A DNA stretch of 64,000 nt from Takakia lepidozioides (GCA_030704615.1 CM060731.1:77562001-77626000), one strand, 5' to 3'; counted from the first letter of the stretch, positions 12,232-25,466 are shown. Numbers and translations: made by a program. Notes: generated from the letters alone by a model not told the origin.

Positions 12232-14710
12232 CTAATGTGAATGATGGTATTTAACAACGTGATTTGGCAACTTGAAAGCTATATATGTAGGTTTGTGATC
12301 TGTCCAATATGCTTCTGTAACTCCAGATATGCATTGTTGGTTTGGTGTATTTGTCCAAATGTGATCCAATTGTGAACCATATATTGTAGTAGCTTGCATA
12401 AATTGAAGTGTCATGTTAATCGTCTTCATAAATTGTAACAGTTGCTTTGACATTGATGAATTATTTTCTAGCATGTTAATATTAAAATCACCCATGATAA
12501 TGGTGGGGCAAAAACTTGGCATCTTATCAACAATTGTTTGTAAAGAAGATAAAAATGTGGGTATTGAAAGCGATGGAGGTTTGTAAATGACAATAATGTG
12601 GATAGTTCTTCTTGTATTTTTGTTGAAAGTAGCCATTATATATTCAGCACCAGAAGATGAAAATATTTCATACGATGTTAACGATATTGTTTTGTCATAT
12701 AATAGCATTGTACCATGGCTACCATGAACAGCCACATGCGAATATTTTTTGGTATCTATGAATAAGTTTATGTCAGAAGTTTTTGGATTAAAATGTGTTT
12801 CATTAAAACATAAAATATGAGCTGCTTGTAAGTTGTGATTTGCACATACATCTTCTCTATGTAATAATAACGATCTAGTATTTAAATGTTGTATAAAAAC
12901 ATGTGATTGTGTATATATGGTTAAAGTTGGAATGATCATTTTGCTGTTGTTTTCAATCTTTGCATTTCTTCTACCACACCATTATCAACATGAAAATTTG
13001 ATAATTGTAAATTTGATAGGAGATACAAATTTTCTTTTTTACGTATTCGAGACAAAGTTGTATAACTTAAACCATGTTTCTGTACTCATGTTGGATCAAA
13101 CGCCAAATAGTCTAAAGTTAATCCTTGTGAACGATGTATAATTCGTGCAGCTGCTAATTGAATAGGAAATTGTGTTCTTGTAATTATATATGATGTATTG
13201 GATCCTATTTGAATTTCTTTTGTAATTGGTTGAATTGGAGTCCATAACTTATTTATCGTTGAGCTATATAAATGAATTTTTTGCACGTGTAGCAACACCA
13301 GATTTTGCATTATTAAATTGTATCCATATTAAAGGCGTTGAATCTGTTAACACTGAAGTATGTTTAAATATACTGTCTGCTCCGTTTACTAAACCATCAT
13401 GTGTTGCATAGTTGCCTGCACATAACTCCACCAACATTTCTTCTTTTACACGAATGATTGTATGTAAGCCAGCTGTATTGGCTACATTATCTGAAAGCTT
13501 AAAAGTGGATGGACATGTATCATTATGTTTATCAATAGCTTCAAAAATATATATACTTCCTTTAGTTTGTTCAAATGCTTTGTGATTATGAACTAACATA
13601 GATTTGTTTGCATAATACAAATGTGGAAATGTTGGATTGCTAGGAGCAGGACGACAACATTGTCGATTTATAGTATCAATATCAAATTAAGTTACGGTTG
13701 CAATTCGCAGTCGATTCAAGATGGCAATGAATTCATTGTCTGATTGACGCATTATTTGATTAAGTTCGTAACATTTAATACAATCTTGCCAAAAACCAGG
13801 TACTATAGCATCAGGACCTTCATTTTTCTTTTTGAAAACCCATGAATCTTGTACTGGCGGTGCTTGGTAGAAATCTCCAGTGATAATAACATCAATATTA
13901 TCAAAGTAAGGATTAGGAATTCGTTTTATTGATCTCAATCGTTGCTCAGCAAACGCAAACATCCTACTACATATAAGAGATACTTCATCTAATACCATAA
14001 GTTGTAGTTCATCAAAAAAATTTACTAATGTATCTAAACGTTCAGAACCTAGTGATGGCAAATCTTTGCAATTAAGAGGTATGCTTAGTCCTGAATGGAT
14101 TGTTGTTCCATCTATATTGAAAGCAGTCTTTCCAGTTTATGCCATGAGAATTGTTTTTTGTTTAAGGGGGTCAGATTGTGGATGTCTATTGTAAAATCTC
14201 AATAAACCTTGAATAATAAGCAACAAAGTAAATATTTTTCCGGTTCCTGCCCCCGCTGTTAAAAACAAGTGCAAAGGTTTATTGGGAAACAAATGTTTTC
14301 TATACATACAATCATCAAAAATTGCGCGTTGTTCTATATTAAGTTTTCGTAGTTGTGCATAAAATTCTGTTGTGGAAATAATGTTATCAGACGCAGAAGA
14401 AATATTCGCATCAGGCACTGTCGATAAACCAATTTGAGGGCGCAAATGAAATTCAGTAGCTATGTCATATGGTTCTATCCCAGTACTACTTATTAATGAT
14501 TGTGGAATGGTTTCTGCATCAACATCAGCATCAAGAAAGTTATTCATCCATATACTAGTATCATTGATTTTGGCTAATTCGTGAGCATTTGTCTCTAACA
14601 TATTCCAAGATGATGTATTAGTATTTTCTATAGAAAACTTGTATATGAATTTATTACGTATTAATGAAATAGTTGATTCATGATTCATATACGCATCATG
14701 CCAAGTCTTA
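12232..14710 (-). mobile_element. Helitron2/Helentron C-terminal half: PIF1-family helicase plus EEP (AP-endonuclease-like) domain, pseudogenised
   Basis: Walker A LTAGAGTGK, Walker B MVLDEVS, GDFYQAPPV, LNQIMRQSD, GLVNG, RTQFPIQLAAARIIHRSQGLTLD; then EEP motifs HLNTRSL, CFNETH, IMGDFN, QLDHIW, TDHKP. Confidence 0.92.
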
Positions 14711-15323
14711 TGTCAAGGACGAGAACATGATTGAACACAAACAAGAGATAAGACTAGAGGTACAAGGCTAGACAAGAAATCAAGGTCGGCGTGGCCGAAT
14801 GCACAATGAGTAAATAGGAATCAAGACGATCTTTATAACAATGAACAAGAGTACAAGATATTGGAACACAACTTGAATACAGGAATGCTGGAAACTGGAC
14901 TGGAGTACCAGATACTGGAAACTGGGCTAGGGTACTGGGAACTGGAAACAAGAGTAGCTTGAACTGGTATTAGCGAGACTGAAGAGTGTCCAGTCTCGCC
15001 TCCTATATATACTGGCTACTAAGAAGCTTCCCTAAGAAGCTTCCCCTATAGAGGTTGATTGCTGGAGAAGTTTTCAAGATTAAACAAAGGTTTCTTGATG
15101 GAGAAGCTTCCTTAAACAAATGAGGTATCTTGATGGAGAAGTTTCCACCAAATGAAGCTTCCTGAGTAGTTTCCCAAGTTACTCTTGGTAATTTGGTAAA
15201 CTTCCGGTAACTTGGTAAGTAATGGTAAATCATGGTAAGTCATGGTAATTTTTCGGTAACTTGGTCACTTGGTAACTGCTAGTATTTACTCCTGGTAAGT
15301 TCCTCTGGGCTATGTCCGTGACA
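14711..15323 (-). mobile_element. 3' LTR of LTR retrotransposon family A
   Basis: On minus it starts TGTCACGG (15323) and ends TTGACA (14711); polypurine tract agaggagggggtga just upstream; followed by TAAGA; homologous to 58133-58460. Confidence 0.85.
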
Positions 15324-16001
15324 TCACCCCCTCCTCTAGCGCCGAGTTCTTCGAGGAGCGGTAAAATCTTGGACTTGCTTAGAGTTGGAGAAAATCCAAA
15401 ATCCGACGAATGGTACTTGCCAAGTATTCGGCTCTTCGTTCTTGACTCAAATGATTTATAGGTCCCTGCAACCATCGATAGTGTCCAACACCTTGAACTT
15501 AGGACCACGTAGTGATTTGAGCATTCTGATTTTCGAAACTGCCTTCAAACATGATTTCGTTGTCCTCTGGGTCCGAAGCCTCAACCTCCAACAGAATTAT
15601 CAGACTTCGAGTAGGCTCCACTTGCCGTCGTACGGGGTCCAGACGAGGAAGTACGCGTCGCATTGGTGGCCCATCGTCTCGATAGCGTCGGCGTGATGTT
15701 GAAGGTCGTGAGAGTCGGAAAGGCTGATCTGGTAGCTAGGTAAGCGACAACTCTAATGTATCTGGTTCCTGCGACTCCATACTGCCAATACAAGATACAA
15801 GAGTGCTGGAAGTGTAGCTATATACTCTGATGTGTGGTGCTCCTCCCTTCTTAGCGTGTATCAGGTACATTGAATGCGGAGTCTTCACCTTGAAGCTAAC
15901 TTTGCTGACATCATCGTTGTGACATCTTATTGACGTATAGCTCGGGGCTTAGCTGGATATCGTTGATGAAACTCTTGGACGTTGTCAGATGCATTGGCGA
16001 G
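15324..16001 (-). mobile_element. 3' internal remnant of family A element
   Basis: Lies between the family A PPT and the family B LTR; no recognisable domain. Confidence 0.5.
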
Positions 16002-16990
16002 TGTTAGAGGACTGTCTGGGACTTGGACACTTATACGGGATCTGTGGGGTACCCTTAATTTTTGCACAGACTGAGACCAACAGGAGCCTTAGGGGTGACA
16101 GCAGCGCACTTTAGAAAGGAGTTACACAGTCCGTCACAGTCCGACACAGCCAACACAGCTCGTCACAGTCTGACACAGCCGACACAGCCCGTCACAGCCC
16201 GTCACAGCCAACACAGCTCGTCACAGCCGACACAGCCCGTCATAGCCAGTCATAGCCAGACACAGCCGTCACAGTCAGTCACAGCTCGACACAGTCGCAC
16301 AGCCAGTGACAGCTTGACACAGCTGTCACGACCATAGGGAACGGATAGCAGGACAGGGAACGACTGGGGGGAACAACATCTACGAATGGAACATGTTAGT
16401 ACACGGATGACGGTTAGTGAGGGAAACGGTTAGAGCAACGGGTAGGAAGATAAAGCGAGGAGCGAGGACGGGAAAAGGATCACTTCTTGGGGGAATCGCT
16501 GCTGGGGGGGACTTCGGACATCACGGGAGGAAAGGAGGAGAGAGCGCATCTCTGAGCGGAAGGAGAGAGAGAGCACAGAGTAGCAGGAGGACGATCTGTT
16601 GATGCTTAATGAATGCAAGCAGTAGGGTTGTAATGTAGAGCAGATTAGAGACTCCATGGCTTCAGCCTGATACTTGATAGATATTAATCTGATACATACT
16701 TCATACTCACACTGTGTAGAGAGATCTGAGTGAAGCTGTGGAATGAATGGATGAGATGATGGAATCCGATAGATTGCTGAAGCAAACTGATACTTAATTA
16801 CCAACAGAAAGGTAACCAGCTAACATGAATGCGGGAAGGAAAACAAATAGGAAACAACCCCATGATACACTAGCTGTAGGTCATGACTGATTGTTCTGAG
16901 CGGGCTGAGTGCTTAGAGATTTCCAACTCTTCTATCTTGGAGTTTCCGCCTCGGATAGCGAAGGGATGGGTGAGTAAAAGCCGCGTGACA
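16002..16990 (+). repeat. 5' LTR of family B with an internal ACAGC-type minisatellite
   Basis: tgttagagg...gcgtgaca; homologous to 25505-25764, 39846-40740, 58461-59508 and 59531-60567. Confidence 0.92.
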
Positions 16991-17578
16991 TTTGGCGACC
17001 ATACTGGGGAACTGGGTCATGAACAACCAGATGTGACAGGCATCTGGTGGGATCATGGTGGTTGGAGAATTAAAGAATTTGATGTAAATCAAATTCCTTG
17101 TGAAACTGAGAAGGAAAGATTATCCAAACGATTCTTTCAGAGGTTCTTGGAATTGCCAGACGGTTGTAAAGAAAACATTCTTAAGAGAGTGCATGATGCT
17201 GACCCTGAATGGGGTCTGGAGAAAGGAGTGATAAAGATTTATCAGGTGGCCTGTAGAGGAAGAGCACGTTGGTTACCAACACTGGTTTATGTGATAGCAT
17301 TGCTATCCATTAAGCGAGTAGAGTTTGAAGGCTGGGAGGAAAGAAAGGTGAATGTTTATACTCATATGCATGAAGAACTTGTACTGGTAAAGAATTGGAT
17401 TCCAAATGATATTTTGTGGATCAAACTCACACCAAGAACAACTTTCCAGACTTGTTTGCCATATGGTTATATGGTAACGGAGACTTCTAGTATAGCCAAG
17501 GGTGCATTGAAGCTAGAAAGAAACCCAGGCATATACGAGAGATATTACAGAAGAGAGTTTTGGTTATTGCCACATTAA
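16883..17578 (+). CDS. Extra ORF upstream of gag (231 aa), unknown function
   Basis: Open frame from U5 through the PBS; homologous copy at 38705-39222 (minus). Confidence 0.55.
   Translation: MTDCSERAECLEISNSSILEFPPRIAKGWVSKSRVTFGDHTGELGHEQPDVTGIWWDHGGWRIKEFDVNQIPCETEKERLSKRFFQRFLELPDGCKENILKRVHDADPEWGLEKGVIKIYQVACRGRARWLPTLVYVIALLSIKRVEFEGWEERKVNVYTHMHEELVLVKNWIPNDILWIKLTPRTTFQTCLPYGYMVTETSSIAKGALKLERNPGIYERYYRREFWLLPH
16993..17010 (+). promoter_or_regulatory. Primer-binding site, tRNA-Arg-like
   Basis: TGGCGACCATACTGGGGA, 2 nt after the LTR CA; resembles the Tat/Ogre-type Arg PBS TGGCGACTCCACTGGGGA (recalled, not checked). Confidence 0.75.
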
Positions 17579-17599
17579 AACAAATGAAAGACAAGGGAC

Positions 17600-20082
17600 A
17601 TGAGTGATGAAAGAGAAGCTAGACGCCAAAGATATTCAGCAAAAAAAGAAAGCTATCTGAAAGCTAATTATCCATATCTTTGGGAGAGAGGAATAGACAT
17701 AGGGGAATCATCTGGACCTCTCACACCATTAAGATCAGAGAGTACATCACCCATACCGGAAGAACTAGAGTTGGATGCCACTCCTTCTTTTTCTTTGCAA
17801 GAAAGATTAAGGGAATTGGTATGGGAAGAAGATCAATCACGAGGTGAAAGATCTGAGGTACATCCCTGGATAAAAGATTTGACAGAAATCTTTGATAAGA
17901 GTTGGCATGGAACACCAAAAGCAGGAACTCCAGTTTCTGAAGTGGAAGGTGAAGAAGGAGGAGAGGATGTGGCAGAGCCAACGGAGAGTTCAGACTCTCC
18001 AACACCATTGCAGTTGAGTTACATGAGTGAAAAAGAAACCCAAGGGCAGAACTTGGAGGATGAAAACAGAGAGAAGAAATTGGAAGAGGAAGAGTATGAA
18101 GAAGTAGACCCAACAGCTGAGGTTGAGACTACAACCAGGACATCCCAACCCGTTGGACCTGGATCAAGTGGAGCACTTGGATCACAGGCCAATGAAGGTG
18201 TCGGCTCAGGGGGATCAGGCGGGCTACCTGGATCTGGCTCTGGGGGGACAGGGAGTGTGGGAAGTAGTGCAACTGAAGCTGGGAATACTGTGAATATCGT
18301 GGGGCCAGAAGCAAGGAGTGCTCAAGGGCCACCACTTGGTGGAAGATCCACCACAACAACAACAGGTCTAGAAGGACCAGCACCAGCAAGGGTGCCAGCA
18401 CCTGTCAGGGGCAGAAGGTAGGGCCACAGATGGCGTTACAACCAACACGGGCAAAACCACCTTTTCCAATATATTCAAGAAAAGGGGATCCCGATGTACA
18501 CATTAGCCAATTTGAGCACATGTGTATAGTGAACAATGAGAATGGCGATGATGCCAAGATGAGATTGTTTCCTTGTTCACTTATCAAGAAAGCAAGTAAA
18601 TGGTATGCAAGATTCCCTGATAATCATTTCCTAACCTGGAATGGCTTGAATACAGCATTCCGAAATAGGTTCAGGACAAGTAAAACTGAGGATGAAGTGT
18701 ATGGAAGTTTACAACAGTTAAAGCAAAAGAAGCATGAAACTGTTGAGGAGTATATGGAAAAGATGGAATTGATGATGAAAAAGCTGGCTGCTGTACCAGC
18801 ACCAGGTTTACAGAAGACTTGGTTTGTGAGTGGACTAAGACCAGAGTTGCAAAAGAAAGTGGATATGTTACCCCATAATACAGTGGATGAGGCATTTGAA
18901 ACTGCAAACAGAATTGAGCAATTGGGAATGCTCAGGAGAGAGAAAAGAGATGATGAGGACTCTGAGGATGAGTCAGATGAAGAAGAAGAGCAAGAACTAA
19001 AAAGGAAGAGTAAGAGAAAGGAGAAGTTGAAGAGGGATAACTATGAGAAAAGATTGGAAGAAATCTTGAAGAAGTATGCCACAGAGGCTGCAACACATTG
19101 GAGGAAGGGTGTATGGTGTGCAAAGTGCCAGAATGAAGGCCATACCACCACAGAATGCCACATGAAGGAGAAACACTGTACTATCTATAAAATGGATAAC
19201 CATTCTACTGAGAATTGTTACTACAACAGAAAGATAGTTGCAAGAGAACCTAGGCAAGTAAGGGTGCATCAGGTGCAGCCCCAGCCAAGAAGAAACAATG
19301 ATCAGGACCACTATGGTAGGTCTGGTGGTTATAACAATGGCATGGAAGGGAGAGGTAATTCAAGAGGGAATTACAAAGGAAATTCCAGAGGCAACTATCA
19401 GGGTAATCCAAGGGGGAATTACCAGCCCGGGAATCAGGATTACAGAAATAATCCAAGAGCAGACCAAGGGCGAGGACCCAATGGTGAAGAACTATGTTAC
19501 TATTGTAATCAGCCAGGACATCGCAAGGTAGCCTGTTCTTTCTGGATTAGACACCAGAATGAGATGAGAGCTCATGTGAATGAGGGCCCGGTGGTGGCAG
19601 CTCACATGGTTAGGCCATGTGTTGTACCAGAAGTAAGTACAATGATAGTAACAAGAAGTAAAGCCAAACTAATACCTCCAGTAGTAGAGGAACAGGATGA
19701 TAATGAAGGTGGCAGTGATATGCCTAAAGATGATGAGGCTTGGAGAGATGAGAAGGAACTGCACAAGGAAGTGACAGATACCATAAGGGAAATGCAGAAG
19801 AGTACTGATATTCCTGTGGCAGATTCTTCTGATTCTGATGGAGAAGAAGAAGTGAGTGAGGATGAAAGGAAGAAAGAAGATGCAGACATGCAAAATAATG
19901 AAGGGACTTTGGCTGAAGTAATATGCCAGACCAAAGCAGAGATTACCATTGGACAGCTATTGGCTGTGGCACCTTATTGTAGACACAGACTGTATCAAGC
20001 AATCAATCGAATTGCCCAGAAGATAGGAAGCACAGACCTGAACAGCAATGTGACCACTTATAATGTGAAGCCGGAAGGGTGA
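17600..20082 (+). CDS. gag: gag (two ORFs, probably one frameshifted gene) with three CCHC-type knuckles
   Basis: Capsid-like DPDVHISQFE..KMRLFPCSL..ASKWY..QKKHETVEEY..FVSGLR; knuckles CAKCQNEGHTTTEC, degenerate CTIYKMDNHSTENC and CYYCNQPGHRKVAC. Confidence 0.85.
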
Positions 20083-20091
20083 GAAACAGTC

Positions 20092-21880
20092 ATGGACTTT
20101 GATGATTCTATGCCAGTAATCCAATTGAGAATTGGAAGCACAGAACTAACTGATGTACTGATAGATGGAGGCTCAGGAGTAAATATCATGACAGACCAAT
20201 TAAGAAAGAAGCTTGGCCTAAGTAATATGAAACCAGCCCCATTTACAGTAACAATGGCAGATCAAAGAAGTGTACAGCCATTGGGATTAATAAGAGGAGT
20301 TAAGATACAGATACAGAAGATGATCTTTATGATCACAGTAACTGTGTTGAAGACGGATGAAGTAATGGAGGCTTACTCCTTATTATTGGGACGTCCGTGG
20401 CTGAAACAGGCCAGGGTATTCCATGACTGGAATTCTCAGTTACTAACCGTGCATAATGGGATACACGAGATACAAATTACCACAAAGAAATCTAGTAGAT
20501 TACCTGCTACGAGAAGACCTCGAGGGGTCAAAGAGTATGACTAGAGAAGAGGACTGGATGAGGAGCAGGAAGCTACCCTATTTGTTGCACACCCAGAGTG
20601 GGAACAGGTTGCAGAGATGCGGCTGGAAGGCCTAAGTTGTTTAAGGGGTATCTGCTGTGGTGTAGTGTCAACAACACCGATTGAAGAGGAAACCAGCAAT
20701 TACCCATCACATTTCTATGAAGAAAAAGAAGGAGAAATGGAAATCCTAGAGGAACCAGCCACTGTGAGTTTACAGGATGAAGTGGTGACTAGTTGGACAA
20801 TCATAGCTGATGAGCAAGTGAGGGAAGTGAATGTGGGAACTAAAGAGGAACTGAGGATGGTGAAGGTAGGAGCTGATTTGGAGCCAGAATTCTTTGAAGA
20901 AGCTAAGAGTTTGTTCATCAAATACAGAGATGTATTTGCTTGGAGCTATAAGGATTTAAAAGGGATACCACCTGAAATCTGTCAGCATAAGATTGAATTG
21001 GAACCGGGGTCAGTACCAATCAAGCAGGCAAGGTACAGAATGAATCCCAACTACGCACAGAAGGTTGGTGAAGAGATCAAGAAGTTGGCTGAGGCTAAGT
21101 TTATATACCCAATAGAGTATACAACTTGGTTGTCACCCATTGTGATAGTTCCCAAGAAAAATGGTAAACTAAGAGTTTGTGTGAACTACAAGAAGCTGAA
21201 TGCTTGTACGAAGAAAGATCCTTTCCCTTTGCCATTCACAGAAGCAGTATTAGACACTGTGGCAGGCCATGAGATGTACTCATTCATGGATGGCTTCAGT
21301 GGTTATAATCAAGTGCAAGTAGCAGAAGAAGACCAAGGAAAGACAGCTTTCATCACAGACTGGGGTGCTTATGCATACAAAGTCATGCCCTTTGGACTTT
21401 GTAATGCACCAGCAACCTTTCAGAGAGTGATAAGTGAATCTTTTCATGAGTATCTGGATGATTTCATGCAGGTGTTCTTGGATGGTTTCAGTGTGTACAG
21501 CTCTAAGAATGAGCACTTGCATAAATTGGAGTTATGTCTGGCCAGATGCAGGATAAGAGATCTGGGCCTGAATCCAGAGAAGTGTACTTTCTGTGTAACC
21601 CAATTTGACTGAGTAGGCAAAGAAGAGGGATTTCTTTTCATCTTTCCAGCTCCATTCGATGTACACAAGTATTGTCAGAGTTGTGATGAATGTCAGAGGC
21701 TAGGACCTTTGCAGAGATATGGGAAAATGGCTTTGCATCCTACAACGCCTACGGAACCATTTCAGAAATGGGGACTAGACTTTGTTGGACCAATTAACCC
21801 ACCAGCCAAGAATACACAGAACAGGTACATAATTACAGCCACTGATTATACTACGAGGTGGATGGAAGCTAAAGCGTGTC
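20092..21880 (+). pseudogene. pol: pol: aspartic protease, RT, then a deletion to the integrase Zn/core start
   Basis: VLIDGGSGVN and LLLGRPWL; RT WLSPIVIVPKKNGKLRVCVNY..FMDGFSGYNQ..MPFGLCNAPATFQR..VFLDG; RNase H missing; [21 protein letters not shown]. Confidence 0.9.
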
Positions 21881-23020
21881 CCTTTCTAAACTGACTTCCG
21901 TCCTTTCTTCCGCCGACCATTTCCCTGAAATTATCCTGCGTCCACCTGTCACTGATTCTATGGATTCTGTAACCCTAGTAGGCTGTGTTAAACTGTGACA
22001 GGTTGTGTCATACTGTGGTATGCCGTGATAGGCTGTGATACACTGTGGTAAGCTGTGATAGGCTGTGACACGCTGTGGTAGGTTGTGATATGCTGTGTCG
22101 CGCCTTGATGGGCTGTGATAGGATGTGTCGCGCTTTGATGGACTGTGATAGGCTGTGTCGTGCCTTGATGGGCTGTGATATGCTGTGTCGCGCCTTGATG
22201 GGCTGTGATAGGCTATGTCGCGCTTGTTCTGCCCGCCACGGTCATATATGCTCGGCGACAAGTGCTCCATATTCCGTTGGTAACACTGGCGCAGCCCGTG
22301 ACGGCTTTTGCGTTTTAACATGCAAATCATGCTGTAATGGTTTGTCATAGATACCACTGTACCCCTTCAACTTATTGGCATTGACTCTTCCCAGCATTTC
22401 TTTGTTAATGGTTTGTAACATGACGGTGTTGTTATCATACATCTTTTGTATGACATAAGGTCCTTTCCATGGTGATTTAAGCTTAGAAGCTTTAATCTTT
22501 CCCTTCTTCTGCAACCATAGAACCAAATCTCCCGTCTTAAAAGTCTTTAACTTGCCTTCATTAAACTGTTCCTTCCTCTTCATCTGAATTTTGGTCATAT
22601 TATCAGCTGCATCAGCACGTACTTCTTCCACATGGTATAATTCATGTTTCCTGACCTTAATGGAATCTTGTAATTCCATTCTCTTTCCCCATTCCGTTCT
22701 CATGGTAGGTAACAGGAATTCCACTGGAAGTAAAGCTTCCATACCATAAACTAATTGGAATGGTGTATACTTAGTGGTGACTTTATATGAAGTCTTGTAT
22801 GACCACAAAGCTGTCAGCAGCTTTGTATTCCAATCCGTTCTGTTTGCATTGACTATCTTAGTCAAGATAGTACATAGTATTTTGTTGGTAGCCTCTGCCT
22901 GCCCATTACCCTGTGGGTAATATGTTGTACTCTTCCTATGCACAATCATGAACTCTTTAGTCAATAATTCAATGGTCTCATTAATGAAGTGACTTCCCTG
23001 ATCACTGATAAATTCCAAGG
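21881..23020 (-). pseudogene. Inverted segment: integrase core/C-terminus plus downstream 30-bp repeats
   Basis: FISDQGSHF..YYPQGNGQAE..TPFQLVYG..WKGPYVI on minus; tandem gggctgtgata.gctgtgtcgcgccttgat units at ~22080-22225. Confidence 0.88.
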
Positions 23021-25466
23021 GAAGACTAAGAGACAGAGACGGGGAAAGATTGTAGTGGCGGATCCACTGGCTTCACGGAATCCGCATGATAATGTTTCCC
23101 AAGCTCTTGTGCAGGAAGGGGCACAGCAGCAGAGAGAACTGCTATTACTGGAAGCAGGACCTTCAGAGAGGGAAGAGGAAGTTACTTCAGTATCACAGCC
23201 ATCACAGCCAGATGATCGGCTTGTCACAAAGTTACCACAAGTTGTCCATGCAGTTCAACCAGAAATAATTGATTTAGAAAAAGAAGGGTTAGATATTCCC
23301 ACTACAGAACAGGTGTAGGCAGAAATTGAGAAGGGGGACCTTCTCTATGAATATTCTGGTATGGTCAAGGACACAGTGATTCTGGAGGTGCAATGGTTGT
23401 CCAGGGGAAACCCTGCGGCGCATATAATACACACACCTGTGACGGAGGCACCACAGGTAGAATGCCAAGACACTGCAGCACCAGTGACGGATGGAGTGGT
23501 TCAGGAAGAAAATCTGGTGGGGCAATGGCCTGAGTGGTTCGTAAGGCATCACACTGTTGAGGATCAGGGAGAACAGCAGCAAATTCACCAAGATGACCCT
23601 CAACAGGCTATGCTTATGAGTTCCATAAGCAGGACACTTAATTTGTTGGGTACTTATGTCAAATCCCATGTTCCCACTACTCAATTGGCAGCTTTGAGGG
23701 AGGAACTCAGGAAGGAGTTTGAGGCTCGACTTGCCACAGAGTGTGCAAATAAGGTCGATGAAGAGGTCACTCTCAAGATGCAGCAAGACTTGGAGAGTAC
23801 AGAAGCGGCTTTGCAATTGGCCAAGGAACAATTGATTGAGGCAGGCCTCGCGCAAGACCAGTTGCACCAAGCACATAAGCAACAGCTGTACCAAATGCAA
23901 GTGAAGCATGAAAGCAAGTTGCAACAAGTGAATGCACTACATACGGAGTTGCAGACAGTGCATGACAGGATGGCCATACAATGTGCTACACTCACAACTA
24001 TGCTTGACCAATCTACAACACAAATAAACAGTCAAGCAGAAAGATGTACGAAGGCAGAGGCAGAAAATGTTGAGCAAGTGAAACTCATTGTCGATATGAC
24101 GAATACAATCTGTCGCAATGAGGATACTTTCAAGCAATACAGACAGGTTGAAGCTGACCAAGAGAGACACATACTGGAGTTGCAACAAACGGTCATGGCC
24201 AATAGAAATGAAATCTTTGTCACTAACAAGGCTTGGAAGGAAGCCAATAATCTGCTTGCTGCCTATGCAAATTTGGTTGAACCTCATGCGAAGCGCATGG
24301 AGGCTTTACAACAGCAGTTAGATATGTACAAACTCAGAGAGGAGCAGACTCTCAGAGGTACCACAAGCAACTTAGTGGATAACCACCTTATGCAGGTCTG
24401 GTTAGTACAAAATGCTGCTTTTAACCCACCTAAAACTCCAGCTGCAAGGGAGTACAGTAGGGCTATGATTATGCCCTTCAACCAAATTCCCATTGTGTTG
24501 GATTTGGCTTGGAAAGAATTTAGTCCTCCGCAATCATTGGCACATTACTATCAAATCATGCGCATTTGGCTGCCAGTGGCAACTAGAACTAAGGTTCTTC
24601 CAAACAATCGACCCATTGAGGATTATCACTTTGCGCAGTACTGGCATGAGGCAAGTACCATGTTGAAGGAATTAATTGCCTTCCAAGTTGTACATGGATT
24701 CCTTTATACCAAGACCAAGGAGGTAGCAAGTATTGTCATGGGCTGTGGGGTATACTACGCTGCTTGTTTTCTGGTACGTTACCACATTGAGCAGCACAAG
24801 ATGCAATCGCGCTTTCTGAGTTATTCCAGTGGGGATCATTGGGTCTTACCTTCAGTGCCACCACATATGTACCTATATGAGGCAAAAGTTATGATGCAAA
24901 AGGATTCTCAAATTCGTTCATGGTTTCATGCGGCCTGGAACAATTTGTCAACACAGAAATTCGGCCCTGACGATATTTTCTTTAAGGGACATGAAGGATG
25001 GAAATACTTGCACAATTCACAAGTCATTGGTACCCCACTCACCTGGACAGACAAAGAGCTCAGGGTCTTCACCAATTTTGCCATTCAGCGTTTGCAGCAA
25101 GTTTTAAAATTTAAACTTCCAGACATGGTAGGACAACATTGTATGCCCCAGAGGATTCCACAAAAAGTTCGACAATTAAAACACCTGAGAGGCGATGAGG
25201 ATTCTGATACAACTGTTTCTTCAGCGGACTCTTTTGACATGGGAGAAGACTATGCAATTCAGATGGCAGAGAAGAAGCGACGGGGGTCTCCTATGCCTGA
25301 AAGGTTACCTCGATATCAGCCTCCAGAGGGCCTCACATATCCAGGTAGTGTTCAATCATCTCCGTCAACCAGTGACAGACCTCGGGCTCGTACACAGAGT
25401 CCTTCACGAGACTCTCAACGTCAGAAAGGTACTCGCTCACAAAGGTTTGCTAATCCCAATCAGTAA
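23020..25466 (+). CDS. Accessory ORF after pol (coiled coil plus conserved C-terminal domain)
   Basis: 701-aa ORF plus an in-frame upstream piece separated by one TAG; clear homolog of 60605-63999. Confidence 0.75.

Noticed and set aside
16062-16337. Repetitive ORFs in LTR minisatellites (also 22075, 25565, 40450, 58521, 60124)
   Set aside because: By-products of stop-free repeats; the frame is not conserved between copies.
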